Part shown: in pieces, positions 20,258 to 29,027 of the stretch
Numbering within the stretch: the stretch's first letter is position 1
How the letters are laid out: each line of letters starts with the position of its first letter
The notes under the pieces: generated by a model
Told to the model about the DNA's origin: nothing
Databases searched by the model: none
The model's input: only the letters and a program-made list of their open reading frames with translations
Program-made: the position numbers and the translations under genes
Assembly: GCA_031362565.1 (NCBI GenBank)
Contig: JANLSU010000107.1
Coordinates: 1-64,000 of the forward strand
Direction of reading: 5' to 3'
DNA length: 64,000 nt
Source of the DNA: a bacterium
GTDB lineage: Bacteria; Krumholzibacteriota; Krumholzibacteriia; G020349025

Positions 20258-21145
20258 TCAGCGTACACGCCTCGACTTCCGGCCCTTTCCAGCGGGCCGC
20301 GCATCGCTGCGGCGCCGTCGCGACGACGCTTCCTTCTGCTTCGCGGCCGGTGACTTCGCGGCGCGCCGGCGCTTTGCCTTGCGTGCTCCTTCTCCTCGCG
20401 ACGGTGCCGCCGCCTTCGCCTGCGAGTCCGACGCCAGGTCCACGCCGAACATCTCCGAGAGAGCAGTGCTGTCACCGAGGATCCGCGACTTGGCGACGCC
20501 CTTCTTTTGGGCTGCGAGGCCCGCACCGGCGCTCGCGATGAGATCCTGCTCCTCCACCCTGCGTAGGTCGAAGAGGAGCTGCGGCGCCTGGTCGAAGCGC
20601 GCGCCGATGCCATAGAACACGGCGGCGACGTGCTTGCACACGACCGCCCAGTCGGGGCAACTGCACGACAACTGGATCTCGTCCGGCGATGGGAAGAGTC
20701 CGGTCTTCTGCCGGCACATCCGCTCCATGACACTCTTCGAGAACTTCCCTTGCAAGAGCTCGACGAGCGAATCGATGGCGCCCGCACAGTCATTGCAGAT
20801 CGATTTCCAGCGCGCCTTCGGGACAGGCGACACACGCACCTGCACCTGATACAACCTCGAGCCACTCACCTGGGCCCGAACCTCCCCGGCGGCGATCCGG
20901 AGATCGACCACGGATCCGTTGCGGACATACGAGCGGCCACGCGGTAATCGATTCGAGTAGTCGCTGTAGCTTTCCAAATTGGTGCACCAAGCCTTGCCCC
21001 AGAACGTCGTGGCGATGCGGCGGCGACCCGCCTCTATCGCGACGGGAGAAAGCTTTTGACCCTTCTTCGCGAGCTTCGCCGCGGCGGCTTTCGCTGCGCG
21101 CCGCCGTTCGGCCACTGACACTTGGACCGGCCACCTGGAATACAT
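20258..21145 (-). CDS. SWIM zinc-finger protein
   Basis: FWGKAWC, NRLPRGRSYVRNGSV, CSCPDWAVVCKH (CxCxnCxH SWIM motif). Confidence 0.92.
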   Translation of the reverse strand: MYSRWPVQVSVAERRRAAKAAAAKLAKKGQKLSPVAIEAGRRRIATTFWGKAWCTNLESYSDYSNRLPRGRSYVRNGSVVDLRIAAGEVRAQVSGSRLYQVQVRVSPVPKARWKSICNDCAGAIDSLVELLQGKFSKSVMERMCRQKTGLFPSPDEIQLSCSCPDWAVVCKHVAAVFYGIGARFDQAPQLLFDLRRVEEQDLIASAGAGLAAQKKGVAKSRILGDSTALSEMFGVDLASDSQAKAAAPSRGEGARKAKRRRAAKSPAAKQKEASSRRRRSDARPAGKGRKSRRVR

Positions 21146-21149
21146 TCTG

Positions 21150-23855
21150 TCACGCTTCCTTCAGTGCGGTGTTCAGATCCAGCGCCACGAGCCGCAGAAG
21201 GTCGTCGTCTTTCATCTCGGTAAGCGACAGCTCGGCGCCCGATTCCAACAGATCTTTCGTGAGCTTCTTCTTCGATTCGATGAGTTCGTCGATCTTCTCC
21301 TCGACGGTTCCACGGCAGACGAACTTGTGCACGAGCACGTTCTTCTTCTGTCCGATGCGGAAAGCGCGGTCGGTGGCCTGGTCCTCGACCGCCGGGTTCC
21401 ACCACCGGTCGAAGTGAACGACGTGCGAGGCGGCGGTGAGATTCAGTCCCGTACCACCCGCCTTGAGCGACAGAACAAAGAAAGGCACTTCTTCATCTTC
21501 CTGAAAACGCCGCACGAGATCCATGCGTTTTCGGATGGCGGTCTCGCCGTGGAGGACGACGCCCGTGCGCCCGAAGACTGCCGCGAGGAAAGCGGCGAGA
21601 GGTGCAGTGACCTCGCGGAACTGCGTGAACACGAGCACCTTCTCCTGCTTCGCCGCGATAACCTCCGAGAGATCGCGCAAGCGCGCCCACTTGCCGCTCT
21701 CGCTCTCGGTCCACGCGCCGTCTCCCAGCCACTGCGATGGATGATTGCAGATCTGCTTGAATCGCATCAGGAAGGCGAGCACGAGACCCTTGCGCTGGAT
21801 GCCGTCCGCCGCGCGCAATCCTTCGGCCAGCTCCTCCACCGCCTGCGCATAGAGCGCCGCTTGCCTGCGGCTCAACTGGCAGAACACCTTCAACTCCGTC
21901 TTGGCCGGCAGATCGGCGATGACGGACTTGTCGGTCTTCATTCGCCGTAGGATGTAGGGTGCGACGAGTTCGCGTAACGGCGCATACGGGTTGTGGACTC
22001 GATCCGCGAGGCGCTTCGTGAAGCGTGTGAACTCCTTGGCCGAGCCGAGAAGCCCCGGATTGATGAAATCGAAGAGGGACCAGAGATCGCCGAGCCGGTT
22101 CTCGATGGGTGTGCCGGTGAGCGCGATACGGGCCCGGGCTTCGAGCTTCTTGGCCGCACGCGTCTGCTTGGCGTTCGGGTTCTTGATGGCCTGCGCCTCG
22201 TCGAGAACCACGAGATTCCAGGTGACCTCTTGGAGGCACGGCAACCGCAGCAACGAACCATAGCTCGTGATGACGAGATCCATGTCCCTGAACTGCTCCG
22301 GCCTCAAGTCTTTCGCGTCCGCGGCGGTGAGAGCGGACGGGTGTGCGACGAGAGTCTTCAGGCTCGGTGCGAAGCGCTCGATCTCGGCCGACCAGTTGGC
22401 CAGGATCGAAGCCGGCGCGACCAGGAGGCTCGGCGGTCGCGCCGCCTTCGCCGGGCGTTTCTCGACGAGCAACAGCGACAGCACCTGGATGGTCTTGCCG
22501 AGACCCATGTCGTCGGCGAGGCACGCTCCGAGGCCGAGTCGTGACAGCAGGTGGAGCCATCGAAGTCCCATCTGCTGGTAGGGCCGCAGCGTCCCCCGCA
22601 GTGCCGCGCCTGGTTCGACGCGGGCGAGCCCTTCCGGCCCGCGCAGCGTCGCCAGGGTTTCGGCGAGCCAGGGTCCAGCGACGACTTGCGCCCAGTCGGG
22701 ATCGACGCGCTCCGACGTTTCGTCCGCGACATCGGCGCCAGCCAGCAGGCGCATTGCCGCCGCGAACGTGATGCCGCCGTCGGCCGCGAGTTGCTCGACT
22801 GTCTCGAACTGCGCGATCATCCGTTCGAGCCGCGTCCGATCGACTTCGACCCAGCGACCGCGGATGAGCGCCAGCTCGTGCGAGTGTGCGAGGAGTTCCT
22901 GCATCTCCTTGGCGGTCAGTGCCTCGCCATCGAGCGTCACTTGCATGCGGAAATCGAGCAGCGCCTCGTGGCCCAGGGTGGAGGGTCGCTTGCCACCGAC
23001 TGTGGCCGTGACTTGCGGCCGGGAGGGACGGTTGCCGCGCCACGCAGCCGGCATGCGCACCACGACGCCCGCGCTCTCGAGCCGCGGCACGTCGCGCAGG
23101 AACTGGAACGCTTCCGCAGCGGTCCAGCGCAGGGGATGAAAGACCTCGCCATTGTCGACCATTGTCTTGAGCCAAGCGCAAGCCTCTGACGCGCGTTGCA
23201 CCGGAACGAGGAGCGCCAGCAGGCGCGACTTGTTCGCGGCACCGGCGTAGTCGCGCAGCGCCTGGCCGAGCGGCAAGTGTTGGGGTTTCGCTTGCGCCGA
23301 GAGTTGCGTCGTGTACGTCGCGAGGAAAGCGAACGGCGCCTCTTCGTCCTTGCGGTTCTCGGCCAGGTTGAAGTGGACCCGGCCGACGAGATTCCAGGCC
23401 GGGCTCAGGTGCTTGAGGAAGTCCTGGATCGAGCCACGCGATTCCGCGAACTCGACGGCGAATGCCGCCTCGAGTTCCGACCAGAGCTGTAGAACGACGT
23501 CGGCGGTCAGGTACTCGGCGCCGACCATGGCCGGCGCACCCGCCGCGATCCGTTCCAACTCCGCGGCGGGTGGCGCCGGAACGTGGTGGTCGCGACCTGG
23601 TTCTGCAGAATCCGGCCAGGTGCAAACAGCGGTCACGTAGCGCGCGCCGAGTTCGCGCCAGTACGAAAATGCGGCCGGCAGCGGGCTCCCGACTGTGGCC
23701 GCCCCGAGCTGCAAGAGCCCGTGCCCCGAGCCGCGCGCGAAGGCATCCTGCAGCCGCTTCTGGAGTTCCGGATCGAGTGTCGGCGCGTCGTCCGAAGGTG
23801 CGAGATCGAGGCGGCCATGCGGCGTGAGTCGCGGTGCGAGGTGCAGTTCACTCAT
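21150..23855 (-). CDS. SNF2-family helicase/ATPase
   Basis: LRPYQ, LADDMGLGKT, LDEAQAIKN, TGTPIEN, LKAGGTGLNL, WWNPAVEDQATDRAFRIGQ. ATG at 23855 overlaps the upstream small gene. Confidence 0.95.
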   Translation of the reverse strand: MSELHLAPRLTPHGRLDLAPSDDAPTLDPELQKRLQDAFARGSGHGLLQLGAATVGSPLPAAFSYWRELGARYVTAVCTWPDSAEPGRDHHVPAPPAAELERIAAGAPAMVGAEYLTADVVLQLWSELEAAFAVEFAESRGSIQDFLKHLSPAWNLVGRVHFNLAENRKDEEAPFAFLATYTTQLSAQAKPQHLPLGQALRDYAGAANKSRLLALLVPVQRASEACAWLKTMVDNGEVFHPLRWTAAEAFQFLRDVPRLESAGVVVRMPAAWRGNRPSRPQVTATVGGKRPSTLGHEALLDFRMQVTLDGEALTAKEMQELLAHSHELALIRGRWVEVDRTRLERMIAQFETVEQLAADGGITFAAAMRLLAGADVADETSERVDPDWAQVVAGPWLAETLATLRGPEGLARVEPGAALRGTLRPYQQMGLRWLHLLSRLGLGACLADDMGLGKTIQVLSLLLVEKRPAKAARPPSLLVAPASILANWSAEIERFAPSLKTLVAHPSALTAADAKDLRPEQFRDMDLVITSYGSLLRLPCLQEVTWNLVVLDEAQAIKNPNAKQTRAAKKLEARARIALTGTPIENRLGDLWSLFDFINPGLLGSAKEFTRFTKRLADRVHNPYAPLRELVAPYILRRMKTDKSVIADLPAKTELKVFCQLSRRQAALYAQAVEELAEGLRAADGIQRKGLVLAFLMRFKQICNHPSQWLGDGAWTESESGKWARLRDLSEVIAAKQEKVLVFTQFREVTAPLAAFLAAVFGRTGVVLHGETAIRKRMDLVRRFQEDEEVPFFVLSLKAGGTGLNLTAASHVVHFDRWWNPAVEDQATDRAFRIGQKKNVLVHKFVCRGTVEEKIDELIESKKKLTKDLLESGAELSLTEMKDDDLLRLVALDLNTALKEA

Positions 23856-24126
23856 CCGAAGGGACGACCTGGGCGCCGTTTGATTGGTCCGATCGGTCCG
23901 ACTCCGGCCGGCTCTTGCCGAAACGCTTCTCGTAGAGGTGTTCAATGAAGAGCGGCAGCGGGGCTTTCCATGGTTCCTGATCGTGGTTGTCCAGCTTGCC
24001 GAGCTTTTTCGGATTCATCCCGAGTTCGCGAGCCATCTGCACGTGCGCAAGAGAGAGCCGATGCCGCTTTCTCGCCACAATCCAAACTTGCAGGTCCTGC
24101 GGCACGCGCTGGGTCTTCTTCGACAT
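23848..24126 (-). CDS. Small basic hypothetical protein (possible HTH-like segment)
   Basis: Natural-looking 92-aa protein (WIVARKRHRLSLAHVQMARELGMNPKKLGKLDNHDQEPWKAPLPLFIEHLYEKRFG), GGAG RBS, 8-nt overlap with the SNF2 start. Confidence 0.8.
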   Translation of the reverse strand: MSKKTQRVPQDLQVWIVARKRHRLSLAHVQMARELGMNPKKLGKLDNHDQEPWKAPLPLFIEHLYEKRFGKSRPESDRSDQSNGAQVVPSDE

Positions 24127-24498
24127 CGCAACTCCAGATTCCCCGCGGTCAATTCAGACTCTCGAGCCACCTTCCAACGTGCTCGACGGAATCTCGCCTC
24201 AACCGCCCATCGACCCTTCACGACATCCGGCCCAATAAGTCCGGGCACCCTGGAGCATAGTCCGAAGATCGCCCTCGGTAAACCGTCGGGCCGCCAGCCG
24301 GGAGGTGAGGGTGTGAGTTCAAGCCCCCGGGCCACCAAGTAGGCGATTTGCGTCGCGGCAAACCCGCGAGATCGGGGCCCCACTCGCGCCGCATGCTCGC
24401 GTGCAGAGGCGAGCGCTCACGCAGCGTCGGTGGATCTGCCACCGCCGCGATCCGTGCTCCCGAGAATGCACAACACGATACCGAGCCCGAGCTTTAGC

Positions 24499-24545
24499 TG
24501 ACCTGCCCCCATTAGACCGCTCCAATGGGATGGTTAGAATTCGCC
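24499..24545. mobile_element. Probable orphan IS3-family (IS407-group) terminal inverted repeat
   Basis: TGACCTGCCCCCATTAGACCGCTCCAATGGG resembles the TGACCTGCCCCC ends recalled for the IS407 group. No transposase or partner IR seen. Confidence 0.5.
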
Positions 24546-24703
24546 GTCTCCGCGGGGCTGACAGATGATCCGGCCCACCAGCCGCGTAGACCCGAACACC
24601 CGAATCACGTGTGGTCGTCACCCCGCTGCAAAGTCCTGGCTCACGCCGCTGTCAACTCGCGTTACACTCCGAGCCATGCACCGATGAATGGACTCGGCGG
24701 CGG

Positions 24704-24763
24704 CGGGCCGCAGTCCCAGAGCTCATGGTCCATGAACATGAGATCGAGGTTCGAGTCACGCAA
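24704..24763 (-). pseudogene. Displaced, decayed copy of the ribD 5' end (repeat copy 2; core 24726-24762)
   Basis: TTG-RDSNLDLMFMDH versus ribD ATG-RDSNLDCMFMDQ; weak similarity continues for a few codons after a 1-nt shift. Confidence 0.8.
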
Positions 24764-25005
24764 ATCTTCCACAACTCGTCCTGGAACGAACCCTCGCAAG
24801 ATAACACCGCCGGAAACCGGGGGCCCGCATCGTGCACTTCGGTGACAGGGCTCAGCCACCGCGTTGACACTCGGCACCGCCCGATCAGGCGAACCCGCGC
24901 CGCGTACGAAGGCATGCGGGGCGGCCACTGATCCCAACGTGAGCGGCAATGGTTGTTGCCGTTCGCCCGGCGCAAGCGCCGCTGGAATCGCGGCCCGAGC
25001 GACCC

Positions 25006-25035
25006 TTGACAGAAGGAGCTTCCAGAAGCTACCTT
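25006..25035 (+). promoter_or_regulatory. Sigma70-like promoter with palindromic operator for the TA operon
   Basis: TTGACA (25006-11), 18-nt spacer, TACCTT (25030-35); perfect inverted repeat AGCTTC-CA-GAAGCT at 25017-25030. Confidence 0.65.
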
Positions 25036-25041
25036 TGATTC

Positions 25042-25332
25042 ATGCGTGCGGTAGGATTGAAAGTGCTCAAGAACAAGCTGAGTGAGTACGTCCGGCTGGC
25101 CGCCGGCGGCGAAACCGTCCTCGTCACCGACCGTGACCGGGTCGTCGCCGAACTCGTGCCACCACGGGAAGGCCGCAGCCCGCTCCTGGCGGACGCATTT
25201 CTGGCCGATGCAGTGCGTAAGGGCTGGCTCACTCCACCGGTTGCAGCGGAGTCCGGCCCGCCGCCGCGACAGCCGGTCGCTCCGCGGCGCCAGATCCTGC
25301 GCGAACTCGATGCGGATCGGGGCGATCGTTGA
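25042..25332 (+). CDS. Phd/YefM-family antitoxin
   Basis: VGLKVLKNKLSEYVRLAAGGETVLVTDRDRVVAELVP. Confidence 0.9.
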   Translation: MRAVGLKVLKNKLSEYVRLAAGGETVLVTDRDRVVAELVPPREGRSPLLADAFLADAVRKGWLTPPVAAESGPPPRQPVAPRRQILRELDADRGDR

Positions 25333-25715
25333 TCTACCTCGATACCTCGGTCGCGCTGGCTCACCTGCTGGCGGAGGATCCGGCGCCCGACACCAGACTG
25401 TGGGACGAAACTCTCGTGTCGAGCCGCCTCTTGGAATACGAGCTTTGGACGCGCATCCATGCCCGCGGCCTAAGCGCCACCCACGGCGAGGCCGTCCGGC
25501 TCCTGTTGAGCCGCCTTGCCATCATCGAACTGGCGCCACCGGTTCTCGCCCGGGCGCTCGAGCCATTCCCAGCACCCGTGCGGACCCTCGACGCCATTCA
25601 CCTGGCCTCGGTGGAGTTCCTGCGCGCGCACAAGCAATCGGTCGAACTCGCCGCATACGACCAACGGCTGCTGGTTGCGGCGCGCGCACTCGGGATTCCC
25701 ATCGCCAAAGTTTAG
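25329..25715 (+). CDS. vapC: VapC-family PIN-domain toxin
   Basis: IYLDTS, LEYE, RTLDAIHLAS, YDQRL; TTGA overlap with the antitoxin. Confidence 0.9.
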   Translation: MIYLDTSVALAHLLAEDPAPDTRLWDETLVSSRLLEYELWTRIHARGLSATHGEAVRLLLSRLAIIELAPPVLARALEPFPAPVRTLDAIHLASVEFLRAHKQSVELAAYDQRLLVAARALGIPIAKV

Positions 25716-25882
25716 GGCCTTCGGCGACGGCAGCTCGCAGCCGTCGAACGGGGTTGCCAGAAGACGCCGGGCCGCGCCAGCGCGTCCATCAAGCGTAAGA
25801 TGGCGCTTCGTGACCATCCTTGCACCGAGCTTCGGCTCGTGCGGCTCGAAGCTGCTTGCCTCCATCGAACCGAGGTCGTTCC

Positions 25883-26677
25883 ATGACCCCTCTCCTCATG
25901 ATCCTGGCAATTGTGGGCGCGGTTCTCCTCCTGTCGGGGATTCGGATCGCGCAGGAATATCAGCGTGGGGTGCTGTTCCGGCTCGGGCGTTACAAAGGGC
26001 TGCGTGGCCCGGGGATCTTCTGGATCATTCCGCTCGGCATCGAACGCGCCGTGATCATCGATATTCGCACCCGCACGATCTCGGCCGAGCAGCAGCAGAC
26101 GATCACCCGCGACAGCGTGACGATCAAAGTCAACGCGGTGCTGTGGTATCGCGTCGTCGATGCGGCCAAGTCGGTGATCGCGGTTTCGGAGGCGGCGAAT
26201 GCAGTGTATCAATTGGCGTTGACGAGCCTCCGGAACATCATCGGCCAGCACAATCTGGACGAGGTGCTGCAGGAACGCGACAAGATCAATAGTCTCTTGC
26301 GGGACAACATCGCCGGTTCGACGGCGCAGTGGGGCGTCGAAGTTCAGCGCTTCGAAATGAAGGACGTCGAGCTGCCCGAAGCGATGCAACAAGTAATGGC
26401 GATGCAGGCCGAAGCGATCCGCGAAAAACGCGCCCGCATCATCAAGGCGGAAGCCGAGCTGGAAGCGTCGGAAAAACTCGCGGCGGCTTCGGCGCAAATG
26501 GCCGGCAATCCGGCGGCGCTCGAGTTGCGGCGCATGCAGATGATCGCGGAAGTCGGTGCCGAGAACAACAGCACGACGGTCCTCATGATTCCGTCGGACT
26601 TCGTGACCCTTTCGAAATCGCTGAGCGAATACCTGCAGGAACGCACCGCCGCCGCGAAGCAGGATCGCAAGGCCTGA
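25883..26677 (+). CDS. SPFH/band-7 stomatin-like (slipin) protein
   Basis: QEYQRGVLFRLGR, ITRDSVTIKVNAV, TSLRNIIG, QAEAIREKRARIIKAEAE. Confidence 0.92.
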   Translation: MTPLLMILAIVGAVLLLSGIRIAQEYQRGVLFRLGRYKGLRGPGIFWIIPLGIERAVIIDIRTRTISAEQQQTITRDSVTIKVNAVLWYRVVDAAKSVIAVSEAANAVYQLALTSLRNIIGQHNLDEVLQERDKINSLLRDNIAGSTAQWGVEVQRFEMKDVELPEAMQQVMAMQAEAIREKRARIIKAEAELEASEKLAAASAQMAGNPAALELRRMQMIAEVGAENNSTTVLMIPSDFVTLSKSLSEYLQERTAAAKQDRKA

Positions 26678-26711
26678 GCGACGGCCGGAGCGCGCCGGCG
26701 GCAGCCGTCCG

Positions 26712-28568
26712 TCAGTGAATTTCCACAATGCAGAGCCCGCCGAAAGTGGCGGCGATCCGCGCTTGCCCCTGGCGCTGCCAGACCTCCGCAGCGCGGCGCA
26801 GTTGCGCATCGTTGTCGTCGAGCACGAACCAGCGAATGCCTTCGGCGCGATACGCCGCCGCATCCTCCGGGAGATCCGCCAGGATCCGGTTGCGATGCGC
26901 GATCATCGAGTCGGGAAAACCGAATCCCTGCGTTCCCGGATCGACATACGGTTGGGCAAGGCCGCCCCACTGCGCGTAGGCGGCCGACGCGGAGAGGTTG
27001 CGGAATACGATGTCACGGCTCGAGACGTGACGGCGCAGCCAGTCGATTGCCCGGGCATCGTTGGCCGTCAAGCGCGCCGGTGACTTCACGAACTGGTGCG
27101 GCACGCCACTCATGTCCGTGGCGAAGACCCCGAGAAACGCCACGCCCGGCAGAATCGCGAGCAGCACGGCGGCGAGCCCAACCGTGCGGCCCAGAGGCGT
27201 CGGGCGTGCAACCAGGAATCTCCACGCGGCAGCACTCGACGCGATCCCGAGAGCGAAGCTCGAGACCGTGGCAAACTTGACGATATCCCACGTGTAGGCG
27301 TAGCGGCAAAGATTGGTGACCAAGAGTCCCACGCCAGCCATGCCGCCAAGCACGAGGCGCGGTTCAATGGGTAGGGCGGCGAGGCCGAGAATTCCGAGCC
27401 CCAGGAGCAGTCCCAAGGATGCCAGGTTCCAAGACCCATTGCCGGAGAGGTTGCCGGTGATCCCATGCGGTGCGAAGCGGATGAGCGACCCCGTTGCAGT
27501 CGGCTGGTCGGAGAAAAATCCGCCCAAAGCCCGCGCCAGCACAAGCACTCCGAGCGCGAGACCGAACACCGCAATGACGCGGCGCGGCGCGCGGCGCGCG
27601 TGGAGAACCACTTCCGCGGCAACCACGGCGCCAAGCACGAGAGCAAACAGCACGATGTGCGCCAGCGAGAGCAGCAGGAACAAGACTGCCAAGACTGCGA
27701 TGCGAGGCCACGATCGCGGCATCGTCCGGTCCGACCACAGGAGCAGAATGCACAGCGCAATCGGCAGGCCGATCGCCCACGGGTGCTGCAGGAAATAGGA
27801 TGCGAGCGGCGGATTGGCCATCGCGCCGCCGGCCGGAATCCAACTCAGCAGCCGGTCGACGCGCGACGACGGTTCCGAGGCCGGCATGAACATGGCGACG
27901 CCGCCACCGAAGAGCGTCAGGGACGAGGTCCAAAGGCCGGCGTTGCGGCCAATGTTCCGCTCCCCCCAGCTCCACAACAGACACCAGGTATAGAACCACG
28001 CCGCCAGGCTCGTCACATCAATCGCCCGATCGGCACGCAAGCGGCAGAGCGTGGTCAGGAGAGCCGCAAAGAGATCGAACGCGTAGTGGTAACGCAGCGG
28101 CGAAGTTGGGAAGGTGCCATGCCGCGGCGGATAGGCGCCATTTTGAATCTTGGTGATCATGGCCAGATGCCCGGTCACCAGGTGCTCGTCGTGGAACGCC
28201 CAACGGCAAGCGGCAGGCGCCAGGAGCGCCGTCGCCAGAACGGCCGTGATCCAGCACCAACGGGAAAGCCGCGGGTCGAGGTCGCCGATCCGAATCCGTT
28301 CGCGCCTCCACCAACGGCCAGCCACCGCTGCGGCGGCGCCGCCCGCGAGCAGCGTGCCGGCCCACACACCTTGGGTATACGACTGGAGCGCAGTCGACGC
28401 GACATGCACCGCGAGCAACCACATCGACACCGCGACACCGGGGGCGGCGACAGCGGCCAAGCCACGATCCGAAGTGACACGTCGCATCACGGCGATGCTC
28501 GCGAGTAGGATCGGAGGCCAACAGAGAACCAGAAACACCGCGAACCAGGGTTGGGGATTCTGAACCAC
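26712..28568 (-). CDS. Polytopic membrane protein, GT-C-like
   Basis: Many TM helices; first loop FHDEHLVTGH...YPPRH...LRYHYAFD; soluble tail with AIDWLRRH. Confidence 0.65.
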   Translation of the reverse strand: MVQNPQPWFAVFLVLCWPPILLASIAVMRRVTSDRGLAAVAAPGVAVSMWLLAVHVASTALQSYTQGVWAGTLLAGGAAAAVAGRWWRRERIRIGDLDPRLSRWCWITAVLATALLAPAACRWAFHDEHLVTGHLAMITKIQNGAYPPRHGTFPTSPLRYHYAFDLFAALLTTLCRLRADRAIDVTSLAAWFYTWCLLWSWGERNIGRNAGLWTSSLTLFGGGVAMFMPASEPSSRVDRLLSWIPAGGAMANPPLASYFLQHPWAIGLPIALCILLLWSDRTMPRSWPRIAVLAVLFLLLSLAHIVLFALVLGAVVAAEVVLHARRAPRRVIAVFGLALGVLVLARALGGFFSDQPTATGSLIRFAPHGITGNLSGNGSWNLASLGLLLGLGILGLAALPIEPRLVLGGMAGVGLLVTNLCRYAYTWDIVKFATVSSFALGIASSAAAWRFLVARPTPLGRTVGLAAVLLAILPGVAFLGVFATDMSGVPHQFVKSPARLTANDARAIDWLRRHVSSRDIVFRNLSASAAYAQWGGLAQPYVDPGTQGFGFPDSMIAHRNRILADLPEDAAAYRAEGIRWFVLDDNDAQLRRAAEVWQRQGQARIAATFGGLCIVEIH

Positions 28569-28644
28569 GGGTCACCTCGAGCGAGGACGCGATCGGCAAT
28601 GCGGCGGTGAGTCTACGACGGATGCGGAGGGCGGTCGATCCAGC

Positions 28645-28992
28645 ATGACGGCAGACGAATTCCGTGCTCTGGCGCTCGGTCTTCCTGAAGCGGCAGAGGA
28701 CGAGCATATGGGGCACCCCGATTTTCGGGTGCGCGGCAAGATCTTCGCGACGCTCGGCTACACCGATGTCGAAAGGGGCATGGTGAAGCTGACGGTGGAA
28801 CAGCAGGCGGCGTTCGCGCGCGCCGAGCCGGACGTGTTTCAGCCGGTCAAGGGCGGATGGGGGCGGCGCGGCGCCACCCGCGTGTTGCTTCGCAAAGCCA
28901 AAAAGCTCACGGTCCGGAAGGCATTGACGGCCGCGTGGCGCAACACCGCCCCGAAGCGGCTCGTGCAAACCCTCGACGGCAGCGGCACCTGA
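28645..28992 (+). CDS. MmcQ/YjbR-family protein
   Basis: ALGLPEA, HMGHPDFRVRGKIFATL, GWGRRGAT, AWRNTAPK. Confidence 0.88.
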   Translation: MTADEFRALALGLPEAAEDEHMGHPDFRVRGKIFATLGYTDVERGMVKLTVEQQAAFARAEPDVFQPVKGGWGRRGATRVLLRKAKKLTVRKALTAAWRNTAPKRLVQTLDGSGT

Positions 28993-29027
28993 ATCTGGGT
29001 CGCGCGGCGCCGGTCACGGCGCGAACT

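Noticed and set aside
24301..24337. tRNA-like 3' end (GTGAGTTCAAGCCCCCGGGCCACCA)
   Set aside because: The T-stem does not pair, spacing to CCA is too short and there is no cloverleaf; at most a degraded remnant.
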